IMG/VR virus record: IMGVR_UViG_3300020045_008062
Span: 1-53,196 of that record
From: a virus
Taxonomy: Duplodnaviria; Caudoviricetes
Length of the DNA: 53,196 nucleotides
Strand: one strand, 5' to 3'
Shown here: positions 44,343-53,196 of the stretch, one piece after another
How the letters are laid out: the number at the start of each line of letters is the position of its first letter
Position numbering within the stretch: the stretch's first letter is position 1
Made by a program: the position numbers and the translations under genes
Notes under the pieces: generated by a model
Database searches by the model: none
The model's input: only the letters and a program-made list of their open reading frames with translations
Told to the model about the DNA's origin: nothing

Positions 44343-45779
44343 TTAAGCAATTGGAGGCACAACCTCAGCAACCGCCTTTTCTTTTTCAATAGCAGCAACC
44401 TCTGCTTCTACATCGGTAACCAAATCCAACAACTTAACTCTAGTTCTTGTGCTCATTGAATTTGAAGCAAAGCCATTAGCTACAACAGTACTATTTTCAA
44501 CCATATCAACAGGCAATATAGAATTGAATTTCACATCAATTACTAAATCAGTTGTTGCTGCTTTTGAATTAACATTTGTAACGCCTGTAATTCCAGAAAT
44601 CATAATATTAATCATTCTTTCGCAAATCGTTCTATTTTGGCCCTCATTCATTTTTGCTTTAATGATTGGATCCAAAAACATCAAACGCAAAGCTACTCCC
44701 GAAATAGCACCGATTGATTTCATTTTCTCAAAAGAAATATCCGGCGTTTGGGTCATTGAAAATATCAACTCCCGAATAGTTTCCATTTCCAATTTAACAG
44801 CTTCGGACGCGTTGTCATTCGTTAAAAATTTTGCGTCACCATTGTAAGGCTTGGTAACATCATCATCTTTAAATTTAATTGGGAAATTTAAAGTTTTACC
44901 ATCATCATTCATTTCTGGTAAAATATTTATATCACCATAAGTCAATAAAATTGGGTGACCTGAATAATCATTTGAAACTCCTAATTTTGATAAAGCAACC
45001 TCATAACGGTCAATTAATCCTTCAACATCAAACCACTCTGGAAACTCCTGTTCCATGTAAACAATAGGAATTCTATCGAAACCGTGTGCTAATTCGCTAT
45101 CAATTGCTAATGCTCCGGATGCGTCGCTAATTTTAAAAACTTTTACATTATCAAAAATCCATGTATTATTTACATCTTTTCCTTCTGAATTTTTAGTAAC
45201 GAACTGCCAAACAAAAGCAGTCATATCATAAGTTGCATCAAAATAAGGTGACATGATACCTTGTTCAACCGTAAGAATATTTGATCTAATGTCACGAACA
45301 GAATTTGCGCCGGCCGCCTGTGTTACTTTTGCGCCTCCTGTATTTTCTTTTACAAAGAAATGAATTGCAGTTTCAGTCTGAACTTTTTGCGTTGTTTTTA
45401 GTTTTTGTAATTTATCGTCGATACGGTTTGATTTCCAAAGCCTTGTAACTTCAGTAAACAAAACATTATTTTCAACACTTGGAGTTAATGTAACCGGTTC
45501 ACCAACTTCAAAAGCACATGATGTTGTCACGATCTTTTTAGCATAATTAACAGGTGATCGAATTGATTTAACTATTCGTTGTTTTGAACCTTCGCCAATA
45601 GTCTTATCTTTTTGAACATTTCCGACCTGCGTATCTCTGATTGTTCTATCAAGGTTTTTGTATTCCTTTACGTATTGTAAAATTTTTGAATGGTCTTTTG
45701 TCTGAGATGTAAGCTTTTCAATTGCTTTTTTTAAATCAGGACCTTTTACAATTTCTTCAATCGTTAATTCTTCTTCCAT
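44343..45779 (-). CDS. Portal protein (SPP1 gp6-like)
   Basis: HGFDRIPIVY, LIDRYE..LS...NDY...PIL, TPDISFE...SGVALR. Confidence 0.9.
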   Translation of the reverse strand: MEEELTIEEIVKGPDLKKAIEKLTSQTKDHSKILQYVKEYKNLDRTIRDTQVGNVQKDKTIGEGSKQRIVKSIRSPVNYAKKIVTTSCAFEVGEPVTLTPSVENNVLFTEVTRLWKSNRIDDKLQKLKTTQKVQTETAIHFFVKENTGGAKVTQAAGANSVRDIRSNILTVEQGIMSPYFDATYDMTAFVWQFVTKNSEGKDVNNTWIFDNVKVFKISDASGALAIDSELAHGFDRIPIVYMEQEFPEWFDVEGLIDRYEVALSKLGVSNDYSGHPILLTYGDINILPEMNDDGKTLNFPIKFKDDDVTKPYNGDAKFLTNDNASEAVKLEMETIRELIFSMTQTPDISFEKMKSIGAISGVALRLMFLDPIIKAKMNEGQNRTICERMINIMISGITGVTNVNSKAATTDLVIDVKFNSILPVDMVENSTVVANGFASNSMSTRTRVKLLDLVTDVEAEVAAIEKEKAVAEVVPPIA

Positions 45780-45794
45780 CTTATAAGTATTTTG

Positions 45795-47252
45795 TTAGTA
45801 ATTTAACCCTAATTGCTGCGGTGTTTTAGTCATTTTTTCATCAATTTCAACAGTATGATAGCTCATGTGTCTGTACCTCGCACTATCCCACATGTGATTG
45901 TATTTATCTAATGGCTGATTTATTGCAATACCGCCTATTTCCCGCATTTTATACATTTGCTGTTCAATCTCTGCCTTTTTATGCAAATGATTCTTTACAA
46001 TGTGTATTTTCTTTGTTTTCATTGATAAAAGCCAATGCATAACAGATTTAGTTTTGCTTACTTTTTTGATTGTCCATCCAAAACCTCGTAAATCACGAAC
46101 CATTTCAACGGTTCCATTATGATTACTTGTGTACTTATCTGAGCTATCAGCTGTAATCGGAATGTTTTTTTCAATTCCTAATGCATTAAAAAATTCATTT
46201 ATTGCTCCAGGAGTTTCAATTGATTCGTAACACAACAATTCAATATAAATATTCTTTTCATCTTCGGCGCATTTTGTCAAAGCGGTTGGATCCGTTGTAA
46301 ATCCAAAATCTAAACCGTATGTATATGCTAAATCTGGAAACTTATCAATATAATCTACATGCTCAAAAATAACTCCTTTCATTGCGCCTCTCAAACCAAG
46401 TCCGTAAACTTTCCACATGAATTCATCTGCAGTACCTTGCCTGATATTTTCTAAATGTGGAGGAGGTTGGTTTGTTGAACTGATAACCTCAACTTTTCCA
46501 GTTTTTTTATTATAGCAAAGTAACGAATTATCTTTGACAATATAACTGCCAGGCTTCCAAGGCTCATAAGATAGTATTTCATTCTTTTCTGCAAAAGATA
46601 TATCTGGATTATCTAGCAATGTTGTACGTAAAAAAATAACATCATCACGTGTTATTACGCTTTCGTAAATGTAATGCACCGTAACTGATGGGTTGTAATC
46701 CCCCCACCAAAATTTAGTACACCTCATTTTAGCCTGATTAAAGACTGCTTGTTTAACCGGAAGCATTTCATTCACGTAAAGATATTCGCATTGCGCACCG
46801 TGGAATTTTGAAGGCTTATCAGCTCCTAAAAAGTTGATTTTGTTTTTACCAATTTTGAAACCTTTGATTTCTTCAGCTTTTTCAAACGGATTAGGCAAAT
46901 TGAATAATGGCAGGATCTTTTTAAAATCGTTGTAAAGAGTGGTTTTGAATTCGTTGTAGGTTTCTTTTAGAATGTTTACGGTGCAATTGGTTTCCTTGTA
47001 AAGGCAAATCCAAATAATAATGTAAATTGATGCCCATGTTTTACCGCTTCGGCTGGATCCTTCCAAAATTGCACCTCTGAATCCTTTTACAATTTTTCCA
47101 TCTTCATCATATTGCTGGTCATTGATTGCGGTGTAAAGCAGATTATAATTTTTGTTTCGTTCGTCATTTATTTCACAAAGCGACTTTCTGAGATCAAAAC
47201 ACTTTTTGTCTGCCAGCAATTGCTTAAGAAGTAATAAACGAGATATTTCCAT
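45795..47252 (-). CDS. terL: Terminase large subunit (PBSX-like)
   Basis: EGSSRSGKT Walker A, YVNE, DYNP, YGLDFGF..DPT, ADS, NHMWDSARY. Confidence 0.92.
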   Translation of the reverse strand: MEISRLLLLKQLLADKKCFDLRKSLCEINDERNKNYNLLYTAINDQQYDEDGKIVKGFRGAILEGSSRSGKTWASIYIIIWICLYKETNCTVNILKETYNEFKTTLYNDFKKILPLFNLPNPFEKAEEIKGFKIGKNKINFLGADKPSKFHGAQCEYLYVNEMLPVKQAVFNQAKMRCTKFWWGDYNPSVTVHYIYESVITRDDVIFLRTTLLDNPDISFAEKNEILSYEPWKPGSYIVKDNSLLCYNKKTGKVEVISSTNQPPPHLENIRQGTADEFMWKVYGLGLRGAMKGVIFEHVDYIDKFPDLAYTYGLDFGFTTDPTALTKCAEDEKNIYIELLCYESIETPGAINEFFNALGIEKNIPITADSSDKYTSNHNGTVEMVRDLRGFGWTIKKVSKTKSVMHWLLSMKTKKIHIVKNHLHKKAEIEQQMYKMREIGGIAINQPLDKYNHMWDSARYRHMSYHTVEIDEKMTKTPQQLGLNY

Positions 47253-47272
47253 TTGGGATGTATTTTAATAGC

Positions 47273-47306
47273 AAAAAACTTGATGAATTAAACCACCAAG
47301 TTTTTT
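47273..47306. terminator. Possible terminator
   Basis: AAAAAACTTG...CAAGTTTTTT. Confidence 0.5.
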
Positions 47307-47424
47307 ATAATATTTCTGTAAACTTTATTTACTCTTTCGGAATTAATTCCACGGTGAATATAAAACTCCATTACCTCGGTAATTCTTTCAATTGGCGCTA
47401 ATTTAGATTTCATTTACATCAAAT

Positions 47425-47640
47425 TTAAATATGTCCTTGCTCTGCTAATTCCCGATAATCTAATTCGATTTTGTTTTTTATTTTCTTAGAATATCGTGAT
47501 GGAAATTCTTTTATTTTGGCGTAATCAGCGGATACTTTTTTAGCTTTTTCATTAAGTTCTTTTTTTTGCTCGATAACTATTTTCTTTTCTTTCACTTTTC
47601 GATTTAGGAATTGTCCGAATATTTTGAATAGGTTTCTCAT
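47425..47640 (-). CDS. Hypothetical basic protein
   Basis: 71-aa ORF. Confidence 0.55.
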   Translation of the reverse strand: MRNLFKIFGQFLNRKVKEKKIVIEQKKELNEKAKKVSADYAKIKEFPSRYSKKIKNKIELDYRELAEQGHI

Positions 47641-47642
47641 GA

Positions 47643-47882
47643 TTAAAAAGATATTTTAGTGTGTTCAAATCTCATTTGATCTTCAAAAGTTTCTACTCTA
47701 AAACCCCTATCTATAAGCAATGATTTGTTTACATCTGAAATAGTTCCTACATATGTAAAGAATCTATTTCCATTACTAGAAGCATTAGTTAATGCTTTTA
47801 AATAAAAATCTAAATCTTTATCATTGGTTTTTGCCATTTCACGTAATTCGAATGCTGTCTGAATTTGTTTTTCTTTTTCCAT
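47643..47882 (-). CDS. Hypothetical protein
   Basis: 79-aa ORF. Confidence 0.55.
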   Translation of the reverse strand: MEKEKQIQTAFELREMAKTNDKDLDFYLKALTNASSNGNRFFTYVGTISDVNKSLLIDRGFRVETFEDQMRFEHTKISF

Positions 47883-47884
47883 GG

Positions 47885-48139
47885 TTATTTTTTGGTTTTA
47901 ATGAATACAGTTTTTTTGCAGTCCAACCAAACAGGTGGCTGTGTTTTTCCAGAAAGAACGCCTAGCCAAATATGACCATGAAAAAGGAATTTAAGTCTTT
48001 GCCAAAATGAAACAGTCCATAATGAAATACAAGTTCCGTTATCTTGCTGAAAAATATGCAATGAACTGCATTCTTCATCAGTCATTGATTCTGGTTTTTT
48101 TAATTCAATTGTTGATTCTTTGAAATGTTTTGGTTTCAT
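47885..48139 (-). CDS. Conserved phage hypothetical protein
   Basis: MKP..F...P..M..EEC..L...CISLW...RL..LF.G.IWL.V....QPPV pattern. Confidence 0.65.
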   Translation of the reverse strand: MKPKHFKESTIELKKPESMTDEECSSLHIFQQDNGTCISLWTVSFWQRLKFLFHGHIWLGVLSGKTQPPVWLDCKKTVFIKTKK

Positions 48140-48154
48140 ATAATTATTTTTTGG

Positions 48155-48394
48155 TTAAAATATAATATTTTGAAAATCGGTGTTCATGTCCAATCTCCTA
48201 TCCTTTAATTCCTGTGAGAAATCTAAAAATGCAAAACCAATAAGCTCAGCATCGTATGTTTCAACTCCTTCGACAAATATTTTTCCGTCTTCAACTTTTA
48301 AAGTCGGTTCTTTTACTTGGATTTCTATTGGCATGGTTTTAGTTTTTTTGTAGTTATATTTTTTGTCTCCACGTACTGTAACTTTATGAATCAA
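48155..48394 (-). CDS. Hypothetical protein (start uncertain)
   Basis: ORF; internal ATG at 48335 also plausible. Confidence 0.5.
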   Translation of the reverse strand: MIHKVTVRGDKKYNYKKTKTMPIEIQVKEPTLKVEDGKIFVEGVETYDAELIGFAFLDFSQELKDRRLDMNTDFQNIIF

Positions 48395-48682
48395 CCCTTA
48401 TATTTACTCACTTTATGGAAATGTTAATTTTTAATAAAATATACACTTAATTTCAAACTCCTTCACATGTGTTTTTTATAATGATAATTTATAATATTAA
48501 TAATTCATTATCATAACGCGAACCGATCACATTTTTACTTACTCTACTATTTGCCTATGTCTAACGCAAATGATCTCACAATCCTAGTAAGAGAAATGAT
48601 TTAAAGACTAAATTTCTAAAAGCCTGAGAGTTTCCCTTTCCGATTTATCGGAATCCAAAGTCTGAAATTAGTTTGTATATTT

Positions 48683-49108
48683 TTATTTTGTTTCTGGACT
48701 TACTTCAAGTCCTAATTCTTTTGTAAGTTCAGCAATTAGCTTATTTCTTGAAACCTCATCGTTAAACTCAATCGGGTGATCTTTATCACCTTTTAAGGTT
48801 GTTTCTTGTTTAGTTCCGTTAAGCCTGTGTACCTCATGAGTTTTACCCATAAGCTTATAAGCAGCCACCTGTAAAGTAGGGTTTTCCGACTTCATCCACT
48901 TTCTTTTCATAAATCCGCATGCCTTTATTTTGTTTTCATTAATCAACTCTTTAAATAAGTCCAATTCGTCCGAGTCCTTTGGAAAAAAAACATAGAAAGT
49001 TTGCTTTGAACATGGCAGAAACACTATAAGTTCAGCAATATCTAAGCATTCTTTTTCCGCTATTAACGAAACCGCTTGTTTATATATCTTTTTTTTATTG
49101 AAAGCCAT
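48683..49108 (-). CDS. Putative terminase small subunit
   Basis: 141 aa helical with HTH-like CSKQTFY segment; follows ParB-like gene, upstream of terL. Confidence 0.55.
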   Translation of the reverse strand: MAFNKKKIYKQAVSLIAEKECLDIAELIVFLPCSKQTFYVFFPKDSDELDLFKELINENKIKACGFMKRKWMKSENPTLQVAAYKLMGKTHEVHRLNGTKQETTLKGDKDHPIEFNDEVSRNKLIAELTKELGLEVSPETK

Positions 49109-49120
49109 TTTAAGTATGTT

Positions 49121-49705
49121 TTAAAGGGTTTCTTTTTGTTGTTTGAGCAATTGTACCAACGAACTGCCAATATTATAATCACGGTCTTTAAAGAACTTGA
49201 TTAAAGCAAAGGCTTCATCATATTCGTTTACGTCAAAAGGAATCATGATAGACTTTGTTTTCTTTACATCTGATTTAGTTGGTGATGCGCTGCCGATTGG
49301 ATCAATTTTCTTTTCAACATCTAATCCCCAATTTGATAACTGTAAATCATCCCAATCTAAATTTAAAGATTCCCAATCGTGCTGACCAAAACTAATATTA
49401 TCTTTTATTGTGATTGCTTTTAGCTTTTCTATTGATGTGTTAGCTGGCAGTACTTTGCAAATCATTTCATTGTATCCTAATTCAGTACATGCTTTCAGTC
49501 TCTGATTACCTGCAATAACAACAAAGTTTCTTCTGAATGGAATTACAATTAACTCCCGAAGCTCTAACATTTCAGGATCTTCTTGTATTGACTTTAAAAG
49601 CTTTTTATATCTTGAATCCTTTATAACACGTGGGTTTTTTGGCAATCCTTGGATTTGACCAGTGTTATGATTTAAGGCACCTATTGCAATTGATTTCGTT
49701 TCCAT
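49121..49705 (-). CDS. ParB/Srx-like N-terminal domain protein
   Basis: NPR.I....KL.KSI...VVIAGNQRLKAC.ELG...IKDN. Confidence 0.8.
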   Translation of the reverse strand: METKSIAIGALNHNTGQIQGLPKNPRVIKDSRYKKLLKSIQEDPEMLELRELIVIPFRRNFVVIAGNQRLKACTELGYNEMICKVLPANTSIEKLKAITIKDNISFGQHDWESLNLDWDDLQLSNWGLDVEKKIDPIGSASPTKSDVKKTKSIMIPFDVNEYDEAFALIKFFKDRDYNIGSSLVQLLKQQKETL

Positions 49706-49825
49706 GATGTAAATGTACTAAAATTTAATATAAATGTCTAAAAAAGAATAAAAAACGGCTTATTTTGAATCGTTTTAGATAATTTATAAGTGTTTTTGTG
49801 TAAAAATTGGATTGTTTTGTCAAAT

Positions 49826-49858
49826 AAAAAATCCTGATACGTTTTTGCATCAGGATTT
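49826..49858 (-). terminator. Intrinsic terminator
   Basis: AAAAAATCCTGAT...ATCAGGATTT. Confidence 0.75.
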
Positions 49859-49877
49859 GTTTTATGTATGTTTCGCT

Positions 49878-51287
49878 TTATCTTTTTAATTCAAATTCGG
49901 TTTTTTTAAAAAACCTTTTAATAACTTCTGATTTTTTAGCAGACTTTAATTTTGTTATTTGAAAATAGTCCAGCATTCCCGCAAATGACCAGTTGTCTTT
50001 TACGTAATTACCATCCGTATCAAAACCCCAAAAAGAATCTTTTTCAAAATCAATAAACATTAACCATTTTGGATACTCTTTTTTAGAATGTTTATACCAT
50101 CCTGTAATGGTTTTCTTTTCCTGTTTGCCTAATTCTTTTTCTGGTTGTTCTTTGGTTATTTTTGGAATTATCTCAGCCCATTTTCCATTCATAAAAACAC
50201 AACAATGATGTCCAAATAATAACTGATTATATGAAAATCCATTATAATAAATATCCGATTCACATGTTTTTATTCTTCCATCATTCCATAAGCTTTTAAT
50301 ACAAAGCCCTTCTTTATAACCTCTCTTAACAGCCTCATTCTTCAAAGCTTCTAAAACTTCTAATTCATTGGCTGCATAATCATCATTAGAAATTTCGCCA
50401 TCATTACCATCAAACCAATTACCCTCACATGATATTCCATATTTAATAACTCCCTGTTCTGAATATCCTAAATATTTTTCGTTTAATGGTGATTTTATTT
50501 TAATCCATCCTGTAAAAAACTTAGATAACGGTATTTTTTTTAAATCACTACCAGAAATAGGCAATTCAACTTCATTAATTTTCCTTTCGTCTATAGTTCC
50601 TTTTAAAATAGTTTCCTTTTCGGCTTCTAGTTCTTCGATGCGTAGTTTTAGTTTGGTGTTTTGTTCCCTTAAAAAATCTAATTCCATTAGGCCATTAAAA
50701 GTAGTAATGTAGTGTTGTTTACCTGACCTTAAATCACCAACAGAAACAACAGATTTGTCATTCTCAAAACCCCAATCAACGCTATGACCAATAGGCTTAT
50801 AATTTTTCAATTCCTCGATTGATTTTTCAGTATTTGGAATTTCAATTTTACATTCTTTAATTGCTTTTAGAAGCAATTCGTATGATGGTGCCTTGAAAAC
50901 ATCGGTTTTAAAATCATACTTAATGGCAATCGGTTTTAAATTAGCGTCAACAGGCATATTAATAACTGAATTTTGTTTATTGTAAGCTTCCAAAACTTCT
51001 ACACGTTTTTCAAGTTCAACTAATTTGTTGGTTCTGATTGGTTTTTCAATCTTAATTCCACAAGAATTAAGAAACATTTTTTCATTCCATGTTTTGTATA
51101 ACTTAGAATCTCTGCTCATTAATATTTTGGTTGTGAATCCAAAATTGTTTGGCTTTGAATTATAATAATTAGTTAATAATGGATAGTCAGTAAACGCTCC
51201 TGTCATATCTATATAACGGAATGGTAATTTTGATTTTATAGCATTAAACTGTTCTCGTGTGCAACGCATTGCGATTGGTGTTTTCAT
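49878..51287 (-). CDS. Large modular hypothetical protein
   Basis: 469-aa ORF with coiled coils and two related TGW.K...G....G modules. Confidence 0.6.
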   Translation of the reverse strand: MKTPIAMRCTREQFNAIKSKLPFRYIDMTGAFTDYPLLTNYYNSKPNNFGFTTKILMSRDSKLYKTWNEKMFLNSCGIKIEKPIRTNKLVELEKRVEVLEAYNKQNSVINMPVDANLKPIAIKYDFKTDVFKAPSYELLLKAIKECKIEIPNTEKSIEELKNYKPIGHSVDWGFENDKSVVSVGDLRSGKQHYITTFNGLMELDFLREQNTKLKLRIEELEAEKETILKGTIDERKINEVELPISGSDLKKIPLSKFFTGWIKIKSPLNEKYLGYSEQGVIKYGISCEGNWFDGNDGEISNDDYAANELEVLEALKNEAVKRGYKEGLCIKSLWNDGRIKTCESDIYYNGFSYNQLLFGHHCCVFMNGKWAEIIPKITKEQPEKELGKQEKKTITGWYKHSKKEYPKWLMFIDFEKDSFWGFDTDGNYVKDNWSFAGMLDYFQITKLKSAKKSEVIKRFFKKTEFELKR

Positions 51288-51334
51288 AATTTTACGTTTT
51301 GGATTTATTTAGGCCGTCCAAGCCGTTATTTGTT

Positions 51335-51664
51335 TTAAATATTTAACTCTAATTCAAATTGTTTTTCAGTTATTTTTATCCAACCATGATTATTTAAAAT
51401 GAATTTACACGGCTTGTTTTCATCGTAACACCTTTTATTATGGGCCATTTCCCTAGGTGTTTTTCCAAATGTTTCAAAGTAATTTACATATTTAAAATTA
51501 CCTGTTCTAACAGCATTTAAGTACTTTGCAATTTCTCTTCTGTCTGGCGGGAATGCAACGCCATCACAATGTATAAAATTTAATTTTTCATACGGTGTAA
51601 ATGATTTGTAATTATCGCATAGGTGTTTATAATTTTCAAAAAAATATTTAGCATCGTAATTCAT
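51335..51664 (-). CDS. Hypothetical protein
   Basis: ATG at 51664 gives an ATGA overlap with the upstream ORF. Confidence 0.55.
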   Translation of the reverse strand: MNYDAKYFFENYKHLCDNYKSFTPYEKLNFIHCDGVAFPPDRREIAKYLNAVRTGNFKYVNYFETFGKTPREMAHNKRCYDENKPCKFILNNHGWIKITEKQFELELNI

Positions 51665-51954
51665 ACTAATTTTATTTTTAACTCTTGAAGTATGTAATTG
51701 TGAATCCTCCAATTTACACAAAATCCATCAGGTATTTTACCGTTAATATCAACAATATTACAAACTGGTTTCTTTTCTCTATTACATGCTATTAAAACAA
51801 AATAATCATTGTGCCTATAGTAATATTCAATCTGATAAAAATCTTTAGGCTTACTATCCATATTAAGTAAATCCAGTAATTTATCAGCAGTTGTTCTAAA
51901 CGCTTCTTCTTCTATTTCTGAAAATAGACTAAGTTGGTTTTTTATTACTTTCAT
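51661..51954 (-). CDS. Hypothetical protein
   Basis: 97-aa ORF. Confidence 0.55.
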   Translation of the reverse strand: MKVIKNQLSLFSEIEEEAFRTTADKLLDLLNMDSKPKDFYQIEYYYRHNDYFVLIACNREKKPVCNIVDINGKIPDGFCVNWRIHNYILQELKIKLV

Positions 51955-52085
51955 TTTCTTTTTTATATTTTATTAACTGATTTTCCCAATATTTTAAAAG
52001 GCTTTCTGCAACTCTTTTTACTGCTGCTTTCTTTGGATTATATCCTAATTCAATTACTCTTTTTGTATGGAAGTCAATCCTTTCA

Positions 52086-52295
52086 TCAATTTCTGATTTT
52101 GTTGCCATTTATTTTGGGTTTTAGATGATTATCTAATATATTGTTAATTGCTCCTTTTGAATAATTAAAATGTTTTTTTATTTCGCTAACAGTATTATTT
52201 TTATTTGTTTTCCAGAATTCAATAATTTTTATTCTATCCAATTCATTTATTAAGGATCGGTAGGAGTGATCTTTTGAAACTTTTTTATTTGCCAT
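52086..52295 (-). CDS. Small HTH-like protein
   Basis: TVSEIKKHFNYSKGAINNIL helix-turn-helix pattern. Confidence 0.55.
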   Translation of the reverse strand: MANKKVSKDHSYRSLINELDRIKIIEFWKTNKNNTVSEIKKHFNYSKGAINNILDNHLKPKINGNKIRN

Positions 52296-52339
52296 AATCT
52301 ACAGTTTTATTGCTACTAATGGAGATTGTATTTTGCTTA

Positions 52340-53140
52340 TTATATTGCGAATTGTAAGGTTTGTAACTTTTTACTTGATGTATGGGTGTATATTTCGGTT
52401 GTTTTTCGGGAACTATGCCCTAATAAATCGCCTATCAATTTTAGATCAGTTCCTTTCTCGTATAATCCTGTTGCTGCACTATGTCGCAAAGTATGCATGT
52501 GATATTGCTTACCGAGATATTTTTTTACGATTTGGTTACAGCTTCCGGATGAATATTGAAATCCAAACTGGCCATTGAAAAGGTATTCTTTAGGCAAATA
52601 TTCGACATAATAGAGCCTGATTATTTCTCTTGTTGTTGGTGTAAGCGGTACTATTCTATCTTTTTTACCTTTGGCCGCACGAATATTTATCTGCATCATC
52701 GGGCTGTTTATATCTGACAATTTTAAATTTAAAACTTCTGAAACTCTCAATCCAACGGATGAAGTCAATGCAATTATTGCTTTGTGTTTTTTATTTTCGA
52801 TTTTATCTATCATCGAAACTAAATCAGTTACATCTATTACCAGCGGGATTTTCTTTTCTTTTTTGGCATACTGGATGTATTCAAATTTTCGGTTTTGCTT
52901 AATGGTTAATACATAAAATTTCTTTATTGCCGAATGCATTGCGTTTTGAGAATTTACTTCTTTGGCGTTTAGCAGATAGTTCTTGATTTCGTCAGCCGAT
53001 ATGTGTTTTGGGCTGTCTTTTTCTTTGAAGTAATTCAAGAATAGTTTTATTTGGCTACTATAGTTTTTTATTGTCTCTTTTGAGAAGTGAATGAAGTTCA
53101 AATCTCGCTCATAGTTTTGGATGTAGTTTGCGGAATTCAT
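52340..53140 (-). CDS. Tyrosine recombinase, integron-integrase-like
   Basis: SAM-like N-terminus (SKETIKNY); GLRVSE (R), KGKKDR (K), HTLRHS.AT (HxxR), LLGH, TTEIYTH (Y); no arm-binding domain. Confidence 0.92.
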   Translation of the reverse strand: MNSANYIQNYERDLNFIHFSKETIKNYSSQIKLFLNYFKEKDSPKHISADEIKNYLLNAKEVNSQNAMHSAIKKFYVLTIKQNRKFEYIQYAKKEKKIPLVIDVTDLVSMIDKIENKKHKAIIALTSSVGLRVSEVLNLKLSDINSPMMQINIRAAKGKKDRIVPLTPTTREIIRLYYVEYLPKEYLFNGQFGFQYSSGSCNQIVKKYLGKQYHMHTLRHSAATGLYEKGTDLKLIGDLLGHSSRKTTEIYTHTSSKKLQTLQFAI

Positions 53141-53196
53141 AGGCTTAGTTGTTGTGGTTGTTGGTTTTGTGGGTGGTTGAATAAATGTAGACGTTA
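53141..53196 (+). other. Candidate attI-like primary recombination site
   Basis: Directly upstream of the integrase start; ends AC-GTTA like the attC R' cores but has no hairpin; preceded by GGTTG-rich tract. Confidence 0.55.

Larger units (their letters stand above)
1..53196 (-). mobile_element. Tailed bacteriophage genome (siphovirus-like), probable Bacteroidota/Flavobacterium host
   Basis: Terminase, portal, major capsid, tape measure, tail, lysis and recombination genes, nearly all co-oriented; no host housekeeping genes; Bacteroidota-type TAnnTTTG promoters. Confidence 0.93.

Noticed and set aside
435-52916. Plus-strand ORFs outside 27979-29015 (e.g. 11165-11635, 35416-35847, 42077-42457, 44449-44847) and minus ORF 28776-29036
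   Set aside because: They are antisense shadows of well-supported genes, with no motifs.
1-53196. Terminal direct repeat or attL/attR proving circularity or prophage state
   Set aside because: Only CGTTA (5 bp) is shared, too short to prove either. Adjacency of integrase and array remains an inference.

Overview
This AT-rich window looks like an essentially complete tailed-phage (siphovirus-like) genome, almost entirely on the minus strand. TAnnTTTG promoters and AT-rich leaders without Shine-Dalgarno motifs suggest a Bacteroidota host, probably Flavobacterium-like (inference). Modules: recombination/replication (NinG-like, DNA MTase, two SNF2-type helicases, RNase H, MBL hydrolase-Bet-SMC-like ATPase, HNH-like), lysis, tail, head, a tRNA-Phe, portal and terminase. 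The standout is an integron-like system. Bases 1-4858 hold 10 gene cassettes separated by 10 complete attC-like hairpin sites (TAAC...GTTA, 77-136 bp), and each cassette is bracketed by its own cassette-specific inverted repeat. An IntI-like tyrosine recombinase at 52340-53140 is followed by a candidate attI, and the window ends exactly on its GTTA core. Unlike typical integrons, every cassette ORF is antisense to the attC top strand and appears to be driven by a phage promoter at the distal end of the array. Also seen: a repeated phage promoter/operator architecture, three similarly built leader attenuators, two genes with in-frame TAA codons, and a stand-alone RNAP alpha-CTD-like gene. All calls are by-eye motif recognition; no database searches were run.
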